From assembly GCA_964370945.1 (NCBI GenBank), contig CAYJNT010000001.1, positions 1-57,288 of the forward strand: a DNA stretch of 57,288 nt. The letters are read 5' to 3'. The notes under the pieces are model-generated. The model searched no databases. It saw only the letters and a program-made list of their open reading frames with translations, and was not told the DNA's origin. Shown here in pieces: positions 1-9,626 of this stretch (positions within the stretch are counted from its first letter, which is position 1; every line of letters starts with the position of its first letter). A program made the position numbers and the translations under genes. The DNA is from an uncultured Hyphomicrobiales bacterium (lineage in GTDB: Bacteria > Pseudomonadota > Alphaproteobacteria > Rhizobiales > Xanthobacteraceae).

Positions 1-97
1 TCAGCTCGCCTTCCAGATCGAGCGGATCCTCCCAGTTGAAACTGGCGTCCTTCAGCGGCGCGGGCCTTTCGTCGTGCCTCTTGGCCGGTTGCGACAT
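1..97 (-). CDS. gcdH: Glutaryl-CoA dehydrogenase, N-terminal part (cut by window edge)
   Basis: Not in ORF track; manual translation gives MSQPAKRHDERPAPLKDASFNWEDPLDLEGEL. FxWEDPLxL is the typical GcdH N-terminus. GGGGAG RBS upstream. Fits the lower benzoyl-CoA pathway. Confidence 0.75.
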   Translation of the reverse strand, partial: MSQPAKRHDERPAPLKDASFNWEDPLDLEGEL

Positions 98-258
98 GGC
101 CTGCTCCCCTTCAATACATGGCGACGCGCGTTCGCTTGGACGGCTCGCTCAGACGGCGCTCGCATTGTTTCAGGCGCAACCGGTTTGCCGCAATAGCAGG
201 CTTAACACGAGAGGACCCTTGCGTTGCTACAACCTAGTGTCGTCCAGCGTCGCTTGTT

Positions 259-272
259 TTGACCGAAATCAA
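259..272. promoter_or_regulatory. FNR/FixK-type box upstream of gcdH
   Basis: TTGAC-CGAA-ATCAA, intergenic. Confidence 0.6.
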
Positions 273-286
273 GGCACAGACGAGCA

Positions 287-745
287 TCAGAATTCGCGAC
301 CGACGATGAGCCGATCCAATGAGTACGCTCCGCCGCCGTGAGCAAGAAAGTAAAGCGCGGCGACCGTCCACATCAGCGTATATTCGAGGCCAAGCTGGTT
401 CCAGAAATAGCGGCCAACGCGCCAGCGCTCGATATTGGATACCGCCAGGAAAAGCACGATCGGCAACGCAGCGGGGCGCGTGAACAGGCCGAGCGCGAGC
501 AGCGGCCCGCAGACAAGTTGCGTCGCGGAAATTGCCGCCGCCCAGATTTTACCCGGACGATAACCCTGCTTGTCCAGGTAATCCGCGAGCATCTGCACAC
601 TTCGCAAGGGCTGCCCGGTGTTGGGGAAGAACCCGAATGTCATGCGTAACCCATGCGGCACCAGCGCGAGACCGACACAGACGCGCAAAAGCGCTTCGGC
701 CAAAGGATCGATAACCTGGTAGAGACCGGCAAGCTGAGAAAGCAT
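287..745 (-). CDS. DoxX family membrane protein
   Basis: Four hydrophobic segments; LLRxxxG..HG, G.LLALGLFTR.AA, G.EY, GGGAYSLD motifs. Confidence 0.9.
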   Translation of the reverse strand: MLSQLAGLYQVIDPLAEALLRVCVGLALVPHGLRMTFGFFPNTGQPLRSVQMLADYLDKQGYRPGKIWAAAISATQLVCGPLLALGLFTRPAALPIVLFLAVSNIERWRVGRYFWNQLGLEYTLMWTVAALYFLAHGGGAYSLDRLIVGREF

Positions 746-766
746 GAGCGCGAGATCCCACGCGGG

Positions 767-1603
767 CTATAGCTTGATTTCGCCAAGATTGATGCTGGCA
801 CTGAGCATTGCGGCAACGACTTTCTTTGCCTGCCCGGCAGACAATATTTCAACAGTGTATTCGCCCGAATTTTCATCCAGCCGATCGAATTTGAAGTCGC
901 CGTAGTTGTCGGTAACGGTTTCCGCGACCATGGCACCGTTCTTGAGCAGGCGCACTGTCGCTCCCACAGCACAATCGACGACGCCATCCGCCTCCGTCGA
1001 CACAGTGCCGCCGATGAAACATGTCGAGTAGCGCCACAGATTCTTGTAATAGATGCGCGGCTTCGTGCCGAGTTCCGCTTGCATGGTTTCGAGCCCCTGC
1101 GTGCGCGCGATCTTCTCCATTTCTTCATCTTCCACACAGATCGCACGCATTGCGCCCGTGGGGCACGACTGGTGCCCGCGCGTCTGCTGCCATCCCTGAT
1201 CGATCAGATGTGCATCAAATGGCCAAGCCTGCGGAAGTTGCAGTTCCTCGTTCCACCAGATGTGGCCAAAGGGGCAGACGTCGACCAGATCCTTGCGCCC
1301 CTTGGCCTGGATTGGGTCGATGATCACGATGCCGTCGTCACGCTTTTTCACCGCGCCAGCGCCCTTAACGACGCAGGGCGCGCTGTCGCAGTGGTTGCAC
1401 ATCGTCGGAACATAGGCGACGTCGACCATCGGCAACTGGCCGCGCTCCTTTTGCAGGATACTGATCCACTTGTGGCCGTGCTTCGGCATGGGCGCGGAAT
1501 AACCGGGGAATTCGTTGCCGACATATTCGTCCATGGTCGCGAGCGTGCACAGGTTGCAATTGGTGCACTCGGCGACGTCGATGATCATGTTCCATTTGTT
1601 CAT
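767..1603 (-). CDS. bthL: Pyrogallol-phloroglucinol transhydroxylase-like Fe-S beta subunit
   Basis: Real start MNKWNMIIDVAECTNCNLC (ATG 1603, AAGGAGG RBS); CNHCDSAPC, LGTKPRIYYKNL and C-terminal beta-sandwich (T.NYGDFKFD.L) as in BthL. Confidence 0.85.
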   Translation of the reverse strand: MNKWNMIIDVAECTNCNLCTLATMDEYVGNEFPGYSAPMPKHGHKWISILQKERGQLPMVDVAYVPTMCNHCDSAPCVVKGAGAVKKRDDGIVIIDPIQAKGRKDLVDVCPFGHIWWNEELQLPQAWPFDAHLIDQGWQQTRGHQSCPTGAMRAICVEDEEMEKIARTQGLETMQAELGTKPRIYYKNLWRYSTCFIGGTVSTEADGVVDCAVGATVRLLKNGAMVAETVTDNYGDFKFDRLDENSGEYTVEILSAGQAKKVVAAMLSASINLGEIKL

Positions 1604-1620
1604 GAAGACGTCCTCCTTCG

Positions 1621-4600
1621 CTACTTGGCAAGCACCAGCTGCGCAGCCTTGACCTTCGTGCGGACGTCCTTGTCCCTCGCCATCTTGGCGAACGTCTCCG
1701 ACATATGCTCGATGCGTCCGTCCCATGGCTCGACCTGCACGAGCGCGTTCGCTCCGGCAAGAGAATGTGTGGTCTTTGTTTGCGTGCGCTCCGGCGTAAG
1801 CAGATTGAGGCACCCACCCCGATCGATCGATTTGCCGGGCTCCCCCATCGGGTCGTAGACGGCAGAAGACTCGTAGCCGTGACAGACGCCACGCGGCAGC
1901 CGCTGCGTCGGCAATGCGGCGCAAATCACCGCGCCACGATCGTTGAAAACCTTGACGAGGTCGTGCTTCTCGATGCCGCGCTCCACCGCATCTTCCGCGT
2001 TCAAGCGCATCACCCAGTAGTAATAACCGCCGACATTGACCCGGTGATCGTCGATATTGAGGAGGAACGAATCCTTCCCATCGCCCTGGGTATGGTACGA
2101 ATATTTCGAGTGCGGCGTGAGCATCTGCAGCGGATATCGCTCGAACAAGTCGCCCGACTGCGGTCCCTCCCATGACGGCACGTACTTGACGATCGGTGGC
2201 CGCTCGGGGTCGACGAAGCGCTTCAGACTGTTGCACTCGAACTCGAGCTTACCCGACTGCGTTTGCAGCCCGCGCAAAAACTCTTCGGTGTAGTCGGATG
2301 GCAGCGGCTGGAACTCCGGGACATCCTTCTTGCGATTCTCCCAGAACCAACGGAACGACACCGGCGCGCGCAGATGTTCCTTCTCGGCCGGAACGACGTA
2401 GTAGCCCCGCTTCATGAATTTCTTCCAGGAAATCACGTTCGGCAGATCCGATGCATCGAAATGCCGCTTGACCCAGTCGATCTCATTGATCCCCTCGGAG
2501 AAGTAGTTGGCGAGACCAAGCCGTTTACAGATTTCGTTGAAGATCCAGTAGTCGGACTTCGACTCGCCGAGTGGCGTAATCGCCGGCGCTTGAAAAATGA
2601 TGACGCGATGATTGAGTTGCTGCTGGCCGTGGTGACCGTAGCCACCGAGACCGGCCCATTCGGAGATGTCGACTCGCTCGAAATTGGTGCAAGCCGGCAG
2701 AATGACGTCGGCAAACTTCGTCTCGCCCTCGAACCAGATCGACTGGTTGACCACAAATTCGAGATTGTCCGACTGGTACATCCGCACATGACGGTTGGTG
2801 TTGTTCATAGTCGATAGCATGGAGCCGCCGTACTTGTAGAGCATCCGCACAGGCGAATGGCCGGGGGCCGGATAGCTGAACTTGGCAAACTGGTGCTCGA
2901 TCGATTTTCCGATCCACGGCCAGCCTTCCGCTTTCCCGTCGGCGATGGCCTCGGGCATCGAGATGCGTGGAATGCGCTGGTAGCTCGAATTCATGGTCAG
3001 CAATTGCGGCATGCGTTGATAGAGCTCGACTGGCATCGAGGTGTTTTCCAAGTCGCCCGACATGCCGCCATCGGCGTAGCCGGGGAAATAGAAATTGAAG
3101 TCGAGCGGGCAGCCCCATTGCAGATTGCCCATGTTGATCCCAGGTTTGCCCAATCCCTGCATTGCCGAAAGGCACACCATCACTCGCGCCCATTGAATGC
3201 CTGTTTGATTGCGGCAGGCCCCGCCGTGACCGTTGCCCCAGCCGCCGGGCGCGAGATAGACGCGTTTTTTGCCCCACTCGCGGGCAAGCGCTCGGACGTC
3301 TTTCGCCGGAACGCCGGTCTCCTTCTCCTGCCATTCCGGCGTCTTCGGAATGCCGTCCTCCTCGCCGACCAGATAAGCTTTCCATTTGTCAAAGCCGACC
3401 GTGTGCGTCTTGACATAGTCTTTGTCGTAGAGGCCCTCCTTGATCCACACATAGGCAATCGCCATCCCCATAGCGACCGAAGTCGTCGGCTTAGGCGCGA
3501 ACCACTTTCCGGGCAGGAATTGCGCCGACGCGTTATAGTATGGATCGACGTGGACGACCTTGATGCCGAGTTTCGGATTTTTGAGCCATTGCCGGCGCAC
3601 GGTCCCTTCCTGCGCGCCATAGGACCCCGAGGTGCTTTCAGGATCCGCGGCCCAGAACACGATCATGTCGCAGTTCTGCAGGCAGTCTTCGACCGTGCCG
3701 TAGGTCTCCGACTGACCGACGCGCAGCGTATGGCCCCAGTGGTGTACTGCGCCCCAGTACCATCCCTCCCAAGAGTCGGGATTGTGATGGACGCGCGTCA
3801 TACCGACGGCATTGGCAAAGCGGTAGAGCGCGGACAGGTAGTAACCGATATTGCCCCAGGTGTGGTGTGAGCCGTGCGAGGTCGCGATCGCGCCCGGCCC
3901 ATAATCATGCTTCATGCGCTTGATCTCGCCGACGACGAGATCGATCGCCTCCTCCCACGAGATCCGGACGTATTCCGACTTGCCACGATTTTGCGGATTG
4001 CGATTTCCGTTGGGATCGAAGTCAACGCGCTTCATCGGATAGAGCAAGCGGTCGGGCGAATAGACGATCGATTTGGCGTTCTGGCCATGGGGAGCCAGCG
4101 TCGTCTTGCGCGGCGGTGTGAACGTCAAGCCGCGCGCACGAATCGTCCACGGCTGCGGGTCGGTGTCGTCAAAATCGATCGGCGTCATGCGAACGATCTT
4201 GTCGTCCTTGACGGTGATGAAGACCGGCCCGCCATTCGTCATGTTGCAATAGCGGATCGATCCGTCCGGCATCGGCGTGCCGAACTTCCAGCCCGCGGTC
4301 TGGCTCATCATCAGGGTCTGTGCGAACCAATTGGTCAGATCCTCAGGGCCATCGACGGTGAGGGTGAAATCCTTCTGGGCGTTGATCTGGTTGAGCCAGT
4401 TGATCGGCGGTGTCAGCAAGGACGCGCCCGTCGCGGCGTTCTTGAAGGCGAGCGTGACATCCGGCGCCGGATGCTTCCCGGAGCGCGATTTGATCTTACT
4501 GTCGCGAATGTCGATCCAACGGCCGATTCCCTCGTCGCGCGCCCTGATCTGCGCCGTCAGATTGCGCTCTTTGAGACGCGCTGCAAATTGCGGGTACCGC

Positions 4601-4668
4601 CAGGCGGCGAACCTGAGGAGCTGCGTGAGCCCGAAGAGTATGAGAGAGAATTTCAGCTGCGAAAACAT
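1621..4668 (-). CDS. athL: Mo-bisMGD pyrogallol transhydroxylase / resorcinol hydroxylase-like alpha subunit with ~135 aa N-terminal extension
   Basis: [38 protein letters not shown] (Mo-ligating Ser), FYFPGYA.GG, DRGGC.N.LTP; ATG 4668 with GAGG RBS. Confidence 0.85.
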   Translation of the reverse strand: MFSQLKFSLILFGLTQLLRFAAWRYPQFAARLKERNLTAQIRARDEGIGRWIDIRDSKIKSRSGKHPAPDVTLAFKNAATGASLLTPPINWLNQINAQKDFTLTVDGPEDLTNWFAQTLMMSQTAGWKFGTPMPDGSIRYCNMTNGGPVFITVKDDKIVRMTPIDFDDTDPQPWTIRARGLTFTPPRKTTLAPHGQNAKSIVYSPDRLLYPMKRVDFDPNGNRNPQNRGKSEYVRISWEEAIDLVVGEIKRMKHDYGPGAIATSHGSHHTWGNIGYYLSALYRFANAVGMTRVHHNPDSWEGWYWGAVHHWGHTLRVGQSETYGTVEDCLQNCDMIVFWAADPESTSGSYGAQEGTVRRQWLKNPKLGIKVVHVDPYYNASAQFLPGKWFAPKPTTSVAMGMAIAYVWIKEGLYDKDYVKTHTVGFDKWKAYLVGEEDGIPKTPEWQEKETGVPAKDVRALAREWGKKRVYLAPGGWGNGHGGACRNQTGIQWARVMVCLSAMQGLGKPGINMGNLQWGCPLDFNFYFPGYADGGMSGDLENTSMPVELYQRMPQLLTMNSSYQRIPRISMPEAIADGKAEGWPWIGKSIEHQFAKFSYPAPGHSPVRMLYKYGGSMLSTMNNTNRHVRMYQSDNLEFVVNQSIWFEGETKFADVILPACTNFERVDISEWAGLGGYGHHGQQQLNHRVIIFQAPAITPLGESKSDYWIFNEICKRLGLANYFSEGINEIDWVKRHFDASDLPNVISWKKFMKRGYYVVPAEKEHLRAPVSFRWFWENRKKDVPEFQPLPSDYTEEFLRGLQTQSGKLEFECNSLKRFVDPERPPIVKYVPSWEGPQSGDLFERYPLQMLTPHSKYSYHTQGDGKDSFLLNIDDHRVNVGGYYYWVMRLNAEDAVERGIEKHDLVKVFNDRGAVICAALPTQRLPRGVCHGYESSAVYDPMGEPGKSIDRGGCLNLLTPERTQTKTTHSLAGANALVQVEPWDGRIEHMSETFAKMARDKDVRTKVKAAQLVLAK

Positions 4669-4789
4669 CGTGCGTTCCTCACCGTGATCGACGCGCGCGA
4701 CTTTCAATGACGCATGAAACGGCCGAACGCCGTGGCTGCACCAGTCATAGTGTCCCCGTCCAGAGCGCACTCACGAGATTCCACCATCA

Positions 4790-5683
4790 CTAGTTGCCCT
4801 TGAAGACGGGTTTGGTCTTGGCGACAAAGGCCTCATAGGCGCGCTCGTAGTCTTTGGTCTGCATGCAAATCGCTTGCGCCTGAGCTTCCGCTTCGATGGC
4901 GTCGTCAATGCCCATGCTCCATTCTTGATGAATGCAGCTCTTGGTCATGGCGTGTCCGAATGTGGGGCCCTCGGCCAGCGATTTCGCCAGCGCTTGCGCG
5001 TCCGCGAGCACCGCATCGCCTTCGCAGAGCTTGTTGTAGAAGCCCCAGCGTTCGGCCTCGGTGCCGTCCATCGAACGGCCGGTATAAAGCAACTCGGCGG
5101 CACGGCCCGCACCGATGATGCGCGGCAGCATATTGCACGCCCCCATGTCCGCGCCAGCGAGCCCAACGCGAACGAACAGGAACGCAACCTTGCTGCGCGG
5201 CGTGCCGTAGCGCAGATCTGAGGCCATCGCCAGAATTGCGCCGGCTCCGGCGCAGATGCCGTCGATGGCGGCAACGATCGGCTGCGGACAGGCGCGCATG
5301 GCCTTGACCAAATCGCCGGTCATGCGGGTAAAGGCCAGCAATCCCGCCATATCACCTTTGCGCTGCATCTCGACCAGCGGGCCGATGATCTCGTGCACAT
5401 CACCGCCGGAACAGAAATTGCCGCCAGCGCCGGTGATGACCACTGTCTTGATGTTGTCGGCATAGACCATGTCGCGGAACAAATCGCGCAGCTCGGCATA
5501 GGATTCCAGCGTCAACGGATTCTTCCGCTCCGGCCGGTTGAGCGTGACGGTCGCGACCGCGCCATCAATCTGCCACAGGAAGTGCTGCGGCTTGTAATTC
5601 TTGAAGTCGACGCGCGTTGGATGAAAGCGCGCCGCCGTGTTGGTCTTGACCGCACCCTGCGCCATCGCAACTGCACCAGTCAT
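4790..5683 (-). CDS. Enoyl-CoA hydratase family protein (AbmC/PRK08258-like)
   Basis: [49 protein letters not shown]; ATG 5683 with GGAGG. Confidence 0.88.
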   Translation of the reverse strand: MTGAVAMAQGAVKTNTAARFHPTRVDFKNYKPQHFLWQIDGAVATVTLNRPERKNPLTLESYAELRDLFRDMVYADNIKTVVITGAGGNFCSGGDVHEIIGPLVEMQRKGDMAGLLAFTRMTGDLVKAMRACPQPIVAAIDGICAGAGAILAMASDLRYGTPRSKVAFLFVRVGLAGADMGACNMLPRIIGAGRAAELLYTGRSMDGTEAERWGFYNKLCEGDAVLADAQALAKSLAEGPTFGHAMTKSCIHQEWSMGIDDAIEAEAQAQAICMQTKDYERAYEAFVAKTKPVFKGN

Positions 5684-5726
5684 CGTTACCTCCATTGAAA
5701 TTTGACTCGCTCTTCGGGGCCACGCG

Positions 5727-6473
5727 TTAGCCGGCAAAAGTCAGCCCGCCGCTCACGCTCATCACCTGCCCGGTGACGTATTCGGCTTGCGGGCTGGCGA
5801 AGAACACGACGGCGTCAGCAATTTCCTCGGGCTTGGCGAACCGGTGGAACGGGATCGCTTTGAGGAAGGCCTCGCGCAATTTCTCCGAACGGGTGGCGAG
5901 CATCGGCGTATCGGTCGGACCCGGGCACACGCAGTTGACATTGATCGAGTAGCGGGCGACCTCGCGTGCGAGCGACTTGGTGAAGGCAATCAACCCACCC
6001 TTGGCGCCGGCGTAAACCGTCTCGCCGCCACTACCGACACGGCCGGCGTCGCTTGCGATGTTGATCACCTTGCCGCCGTTTGCGGCAATCATCGGTGGCA
6101 AGAGCGCCTGGGTTAGATGCGCCGGACCGGTGAGGTTAATGGCAATCACGCGATCTATGAATTCCGGTGTGTTCTGCATGTAGGGCTGGATATCGCCCCA
6201 GCCAGCAGCGTTCACCAGGATGTCGACGCGCGAATATCGCTTGAGCACCTCGGCAGCGGCGTCGCGGATCGAATCGGAATTGCCGAGATCGATGGCGATG
6301 AAATCGACCGCCAGGTTGGCGCCAGCAGCTTCCGTCTTCAACTCCTCGCCTTTGGCAGCATTCACATCGGCGCAGATCACCGTCGCGCCCTGGCGGGCGA
6401 ATGCCATCACCGTAGCCCTGCCAATGCCGGAGGCGCCGCCGGTGACCAACGCCACCTTGCCGTCGAAGTTCAT
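5727..6473 (-). CDS. badH: SDR, 2-hydroxycyclohexanecarboxyl-CoA dehydrogenase (BadH)-like
   Basis: [49 protein letters not shown]; ATG overlaps upstream TGA. SDR family is certain, BadH function is not. Confidence 0.7.
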   Translation of the reverse strand: MNFDGKVALVTGGASGIGRATVMAFARQGATVICADVNAAKGEELKTEAAGANLAVDFIAIDLGNSDSIRDAAAEVLKRYSRVDILVNAAGWGDIQPYMQNTPEFIDRVIAINLTGPAHLTQALLPPMIAANGGKVINIASDAGRVGSGGETVYAGAKGGLIAFTKSLAREVARYSINVNCVCPGPTDTPMLATRSEKLREAFLKAIPFHRFAKPEEIADAVVFFASPQAEYVTGQVMSVSGGLTFAG

Positions 6474-7270
6474 CACGCCGCTCCCCTCTTTGCCTGTGCC
6501 GCAGACTCGGCGGAACCCGCAAGAAACGCCTGCACGCGTTGTCGCGTCTCGGCATTGTTCAGGAGCAGCCGTGTGAATTCCAATTCGTCGGTATAGCCAC
6601 CGCGGCCGGGCTGACCGGCGGCGGCGATGCAGGCTTTGCTGGCGGCCAGCGCCGCCGCTGGCAGGCCGGCAATGCGCCTCGCGATTTCGGCGGCGCGCGC
6701 CGGAAGCTCGGCCCGCGGCACCGCCCAATGCAACACGCCGAGCGCGCTTGCAGCCGCACCATCGAGAATTTCGGCGCCGAGAATAAGTCTGGCGGCGACT
6801 GCAGGACCGCAAAGGCGGGTGACACGCTGGGTCCCGCCGGCGCCCGGGATCAAGCCAAGTCGCACTTCAGGCAAGCCGACCTTGGCTTCGGCTGCCGCGA
6901 TCCGCAGGTCGCAGCACAGCGCCAATTCAAGGCCGCCGCCCATGGCCGCGCCGTTGATCTCGGCCAGCGTGACCTGTGGCAATCGCGCAATGCGCCCGTA
7001 AAGCCGCTGGATGGCCGCCACATAGGCATACATGCGGTCGGGGCCGTCGGCCATGTCCATGCGCTCGCGCACCTCCTTCAGATCGGCACCCGCGCAAAAC
7101 ACCTTCTGGTCCGAGCGGATATGCAAGACGGTGCACGGCGAGCCGCCGGCCAATTCGTCGAGTTTTGCTTCGAATGCGCGCACCCATTTCTCGCTGATCG
7201 CATTGACCGGAGGATGGCTCAACGTCAGGGTCGTCACAGCATCGCTATTGTTGATCGCGAACATTGTCAT
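6473..7270 (-). CDS. Enoyl-CoA hydratase/isomerase
   Basis: FCAGADL, AMGGGLELAL.CDLR, GLPEV.LGLIPGAGGTQR (both catalytic Glu). Confidence 0.9.
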   Translation of the reverse strand: MTMFAINNSDAVTTLTLSHPPVNAISEKWVRAFEAKLDELAGGSPCTVLHIRSDQKVFCAGADLKEVRERMDMADGPDRMYAYVAAIQRLYGRIARLPQVTLAEINGAAMGGGLELALCCDLRIAAAEAKVGLPEVRLGLIPGAGGTQRVTRLCGPAVAARLILGAEILDGAAASALGVLHWAVPRAELPARAAEIARRIAGLPAAALAASKACIAAAGQPGRGGYTDELEFTRLLLNNAETRQRVQAFLAGSAESAAQAKRGAA

Positions 7271-8427
7271 GCCCGTCTTTCCCGTTGCGCCTGGGCAACG
7301 AGTGCGCGGCTAATGACCAGCCGCTGAATATCATTGGTGCCCTCGTAGATCTTGCTGGCGCGCACGGCGCGAAAAATCCGTTCGACACCGTAGTCGGTCA
7401 TATAGCCGGCGCCGCCGAGAGTCTGAATCGCGTCGGAGCAGATCTGTTCGGCTGCTTCGGTGGCAAACAATTTCGCCATCGCGGCCTGTTTAAGGCACGG
7501 CAAGCCCTGGCTTCGCAGCACGGCAGCATGATGAACGAGCTGGCGCGCCGCTTCGAGTTGGGTTGCCATTTCGGCCAACCGAAAGGCGACGGCTTGATGC
7601 TCGATGATTGCTTTGCCGAAGCTGGTTCGCTCTTGCGCATAGAGTAGCGCAATCTCGAACGCGGCGCGGGCCATGCCCACCGCTTGCGCAGCGATGCCAA
7701 TGCGGCCGCCCTCCAGGTTAGCAAGGGCAATGCGATAGCCTTGGCCTTCTGCGCCGAGCCGGTTTTCCTCCGACACGCGCAGCTCGTCAAAAACAATTTC
7801 GCATGTGTCCGACGCGTGCTGCCCCATCTTGCTCTCAATCCGGCGAACGCAATAGCCGGATTGCTTAGTCTCGACGATGAAGCAACTGATGCCTTGTTTC
7901 CCCTGCCCGAGGTCAGTTGCGGCAAAGACCAGCGCAATGTCGGCATTCTTACCCGACGTGATGAATTGCTTTGTTCCGTTGAGGATATAGGTCCCGTGCC
8001 GACGCTCGGCGCGGGTCCGGATCGCGCTGGCATCCGAGCCGCCCTGCGGTTCCGTAAGACAAAAGGCACTCAGCAATTCGCCCCGCGCCATTGGCCGCAG
8101 ATACTTGTCTTTTTGCTGCGGCGTACCGTACTCGACGAGGGGCATACAACCGACGGAGTTATGACCACTCATAATCGTCGAGACGGCTCCGTCGCCGGCC
8201 GCGACCTCCTCCAGCGCAAGCGCATATGCGACGTAGTCCGCACCAACGCCATCCCATTCCGGAGGGACCGTCATTCCCATGAAGCCCAGCTTGCCCAGTT
8301 CGCGGAGCGCCGCGCGCGGGAATTCCGCTTTGCGATCCCAGTCGGCCGAATGAGGCGCCAGAGAACGCTGCGCAAATTCACGCGCGATATTTCGAATTCG
8401 CTCCTGCTCTTCGGTCAGCAGCATCAC
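7267..8427 (-). CDS. Acyl-CoA dehydrogenase (short/branched-chain type)
   Basis: FCLTEPQGGSDA, GTKQFIT, GRIGIAAQAVG, GGAGY, KIYEGT. Confidence 0.92.
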   Translation of the reverse strand: MMLLTEEQERIRNIAREFAQRSLAPHSADWDRKAEFPRAALRELGKLGFMGMTVPPEWDGVGADYVAYALALEEVAAGDGAVSTIMSGHNSVGCMPLVEYGTPQQKDKYLRPMARGELLSAFCLTEPQGGSDASAIRTRAERRHGTYILNGTKQFITSGKNADIALVFAATDLGQGKQGISCFIVETKQSGYCVRRIESKMGQHASDTCEIVFDELRVSEENRLGAEGQGYRIALANLEGGRIGIAAQAVGMARAAFEIALLYAQERTSFGKAIIEHQAVAFRLAEMATQLEAARQLVHHAAVLRSQGLPCLKQAAMAKLFATEAAEQICSDAIQTLGGAGYMTDYGVERIFRAVRASKIYEGTNDIQRLVISRALVAQAQRERRA

Positions 8428-8429
8428 TT

Positions 8430-9626
8430 CTACTCGGCTGCTCGGCGGCGTGTGATTTCTCGTGTCTTCAGCAGCTCCCGCGCAACAATCAATTTCTGCA
8501 CTTCGGTCGAACCTTCGTAGATACGCAGCGCGCGGATTTCACGGTAAAGCGCCTCGACTTTGACGCCGACGCGAACACCGTTTCCGCCGAAGAGTTGCAC
8601 TGCGCGATCGATGACCCGCTGTGCCATCTCGGTCGCAAAGGCCTTTGCCGTCGATGCCTCGCGTGTAATGCGCGGCGCACCACAATCCTTCTCCCAGGCC
8701 GCCCGATAGACCAGCAGCGCCGCCGCGTCGATGTCGATGGCGCTTTCGGCCAGCGCGGCTTGCGTGAGTTGCATATCCGCCAGCGGCGCACCGAATAAGT
8801 TGCGTGTGGCCGCGCGCTCGATCATTTCATCGAAAGCGCGGCGCGCTAAACCGAGCGCCGCAGCGGCAACTGTCGATCGAAAAATATCGAGCGTCGCCAT
8901 CGCAACTTTGAAACCTTCGCCGGCGCCGCCGAGTCGGTTCGTTAACGGCACACGGCAGCCGATGAACCGAAGGGTCGCGAGCGGGTGCGGAGCGATGACA
9001 TCAATGCGACCAGCAATCTCGATGCCTGGCGTTTCGGCGTCGACGATGAAACTGGAGAGTCCCTTCGCGCCCGGCCCTTCGCCGGTTCGCGCGAACACGA
9101 CATAGTGGTCCGCGATCCCTCCGTTGGAGATCCAGGTCTTGACTCCGTCAATGCGGACATGCGCCGGCCCATCCTCAGTCGCGGTCACTGCAAGCGCGCC
9201 AACGTCTGACCCGGCCTCAGGCTCCGAGAGCGCAAACGCCGCGATATGACGGCCGTCGCGTACCGGGGGTAGATATTTCGCCTTTGTCTCATCGCTGCCG
9301 AAAAGCGATATCGAGCCGGTCCCCAGGCCCTGCATGGCGAAGGCAAAGTCGGCCAAGCTGTCGTGCCAGGAAAGAATCTCACGCGCGGCGCACAGCGTCC
9401 GCACGTCGAGTTTTTCCGATAACCCGCCATATGCCGCCGGGACAACGGCTTTCAGCCAGCCTGCATCCCCCAAGGCACGAACAAGCGATCGACAGGAGCG
9501 ATCCACGTTTGCGTGATCGATGTATTGGTCAACCTCCTGGCACGCCCAATCATCAAGTGCCGGACCAAATCGCCGGTGGGCCTCTTCAAAGAACGGCCAG
9601 GCCAGATGGGCAAGCGGCGGCCTCAT
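8430..9626 (-). CDS. Acyl-CoA dehydrogenase (AbmD-like)
   Basis: L.WPFF...HR N-terminus, [37 protein letters not shown]. Confidence 0.9.
   Translation of the reverse strand: MRPPLAHLAWPFFEEAHRRFGPALDDWACQEVDQYIDHANVDRSCRSLVRALGDAGWLKAVVPAAYGGLSEKLDVRTLCAAREILSWHDSLADFAFAMQGLGTGSISLFGSDETKAKYLPPVRDGRHIAAFALSEPEAGSDVGALAVTATEDGPAHVRIDGVKTWISNGGIADHYVVFARTGEGPGAKGLSSFIVDAETPGIEIAGRIDVIAPHPLATLRFIGCRVPLTNRLGGAGEGFKVAMATLDIFRSTVAAAALGLARRAFDEMIERAATRNLFGAPLADMQLTQAALAESAIDIDAAALLVYRAAWEKDCGAPRITREASTAKAFATEMAQRVIDRAVQLFGGNGVRVGVKVEALYREIRALRIYEGSTEVQKLIVARELLKTREITRRRAAE

Noticed and set aside
1604-2236. N-terminal 211 aa of the 489-aa ORF 767-2236
   Set aside because: Overlaps the alpha subunit in another frame; the true start is ATG 1603 with an RBS. 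The same applies to the over-extended starts of the SDRs, bcrB, dch, oah, padC and padB.
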